Source: Chara braunii
Taxonomy: Eukaryota > Plantae > Charophyceae
Direction: 5' to 3'
DNA: 64,000 bases
Assembly: GCA_003427395.1 (NCBI GenBank)
Contig: BFEA01000031.1
Span: 241,195-305,194, forward strand
Positions 62,483-64,000 of this stretch are shown here, piece by piece. The notes beneath the pieces were generated by a model. The model made no database searches, was not told the DNA's origin, and saw nothing but the letters and a program-made list of their open reading frames with translations. A program made the position numbers and the translations under genes. How positions within the stretch are numbered: position 1 is the first letter of the stretch; each line of letters opens with the position of its first letter.

Positions 62483-63784
62483 TTAAGTTAGAGCCACATA
62501 TTCCATTTTCACCCTATTTTTTATTTTATAAGTGAAGACAAAGCTCTTGGGATGCCTCTTCAGAAGAAGAGAAAGCCCTACCCAACTTCTGCGTCCGGTT
62601 CCGTCCAAGCCACCGCCGTTTTCAAACCCGGCGCCATTCCGTAAATGGCTGTCGTCGGGTGGGAGGAGGTTGATTGTCCGTGCATCCTGGCAGATATCTC
62701 TGAATCTTTCCTCAAGCTCCGCTGATAGCCTAGTGACTGATACCCACTCACCAGGCGGATGCAGCTCGCTCAGCAATTGGCTCACCGCATTAAGCAGCTG
62801 AACTTCAATGTCCTCTTCGTCGCCATCGTCGTCGTGCATCTCCCGCCCGCCCGTGTTCTTTCCTTCGCCCTGTGGCCACATATCCAACGGTCCAGTAATG
62901 TCGCCCCTTCCTCCATTAACCTCGTCGAGAGTCGCTTCTTTCCCAAGGGTTCCGCCTATTCTCCCGCTTCCACCCACCATTCCTGCCGGATAATACCTGT
63001 CATCTCGAACACGCTCCATCTTCGATCTCTTACCAGACGCAATAACACCTTTGCTATCATTCACAACACCGGGCGTCCTCATCTCACCGAGCACAGCCCG
63101 CCCTTCTGTGATCCCCCCTACCCTTCCGTCGGAAATCACCCCCCTCCCCTCTGGAACCATCCCCCTACCCTCCTGAATGACCCCTCTTCCGTCCGCAACA
63201 CCCCCCCTTCCATCCGTAACAGCCCTGCTCCCCTCCGTAATCACCCCTCTACCGTCCCCGACCACCCCCCTGCCGTCCACAACCACACCCCTACCCTCCA
63301 CCCCCGCTGTTCTCCCCTCCATGTTGGGGGTTGCACCTGTCGGCAAAGTCGATCTGCGTTTCGAGTGAGGAACAGCCGCCATCCCGGCACCATCACCCGT
63401 AGGCGCCGCCAATTCCGAGGTCCAAGACCCAGGTGCATGTTTTTTCACAGGTAAGAGGAAATAGAACTTCTTATCTCCGATAACAATCTGATACTGCGAC
63501 CCAAGCTTGACCGGAGGAGTCGAAGGGAGATGGAGAACCCCCTCCACATAGGCTCCATTCTTGCCGAGCACCTCGAGCTCGAAGCACTTGTGCTGAAAGT
63601 GGTAAAATATGCGTGCGTGCTGTCGTGATATGTTCATCCCGCCGCCTTTATCCGTCAGGTCAAGATCGACGCTGGCCTTCTTGCTGTTCCTCCCAAGGGT
63701 AATGGAGTAACTCTGCATGAAGTACTCAAAATCTTCCCCTTGTAGCTTTGCGAATCCGGCCTTCATCTCTTGTGGCCCACCCAT
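62483..63784 (-). CDS. FHA2: Forkhead-associated (FHA) domain protein, plant FHA1/FHA2 family transcriptional regulator
   Basis: AGFAKLQGEDFEYFMQSYSITLGRNSKK...GGGMNISRQHARI...EVLGKNG...IGDKKFYFLLP closely follows the plant FHA2 signature. The ATG is preceded by a TTCAG acceptor (5' UTR intron); intact intronless CDS. Confidence 0.92.
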   Translation of the reverse strand: MGGPQEMKAGFAKLQGEDFEYFMQSYSITLGRNSKKASVDLDLTDKGGGMNISRQHARIFYHFQHKCFELEVLGKNGAYVEGVLHLPSTPPVKLGSQYQIVIGDKKFYFLLPVKKHAPGSWTSELAAPTGDGAGMAAVPHSKRRSTLPTGATPNMEGRTAGVEGRGVVVDGRGVVGDGRGVITEGSRAVTDGRGGVADGRGVIQEGRGMVPEGRGVISDGRVGGITEGRAVLGEMRTPGVVNDSKGVIASGKRSKMERVRDDRYYPAGMVGGSGRIGGTLGKEATLDEVNGGRGDITGPLDMWPQGEGKNTGGREMHDDDGDEEDIEVQLLNAVSQLLSELHPPGEWVSVTRLSAELEERFRDICQDARTINLLPPDDSHLRNGAGFENGGGLDGTGRRSWVGLSLLLKRHPKSFVFTYKIKNRVKMEYVALT

Positions 63785-64000
63785 CCTGAAGAACACAAGC
63801 CGCCAGCCTCCACTCAAGGCTTTAACTTGACGGGCATGCGTACAACAAGTCACATCACTCCAGAATCCTCTTTTTTTTTCAGAATGCTGTTTCTTTTTTC
63901 AAACCAGAGCCTGCTATTAGAGTTTTACTTGCAATCTTTATGCTTCGCAGACTGTCCGATCGATCAACATGGCAGGTTGATTAATCCTCTTACAAGCACC

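Overview
Eukaryotic, transposon-saturated scaffold with N gaps and long (CT)n/(GT)n/(GAT)n microsatellites. The FHA gene and TE repertoire point to a streptophyte, most likely a charophyte such as Chara (inference). The only clear host gene is a plant FHA1/FHA2-like gene (62483-63784, -). The rest comprises: (i) an array of ~20 palindromic hairpins (1-1570) upstream of a 1.7-kaa ORF with a ParB/Srx-like domain and a degenerate beta-class DNA-methyltransferase-like domain, followed by an Ulp1 SUMO-protease ORF that can be spliced in frame to it; (ii) a Penelope-like RT remnant with a minimal hammerhead ribozyme; (iii) many decayed L1/Tx1-like LINE pieces sharing a conserved 3' hairpin + pseudoknot motif; (iv) hAT, PIF-like and TTAA-flanked non-autonomous DNA elements and a solo LTR; (v) a 13.3-kb Ty3/Gypsy element with a PHD finger in frame with integrase, a ~630-codon extra ORF, no PPT, and split termini resembling an internally encoded circle-junction att site; (vi) a ~2.3-kb unit bounded by type III hammerhead repeats that carries a tandem RING-like ORF. 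All domain calls are by-eye motif recognition; no database searches were run.
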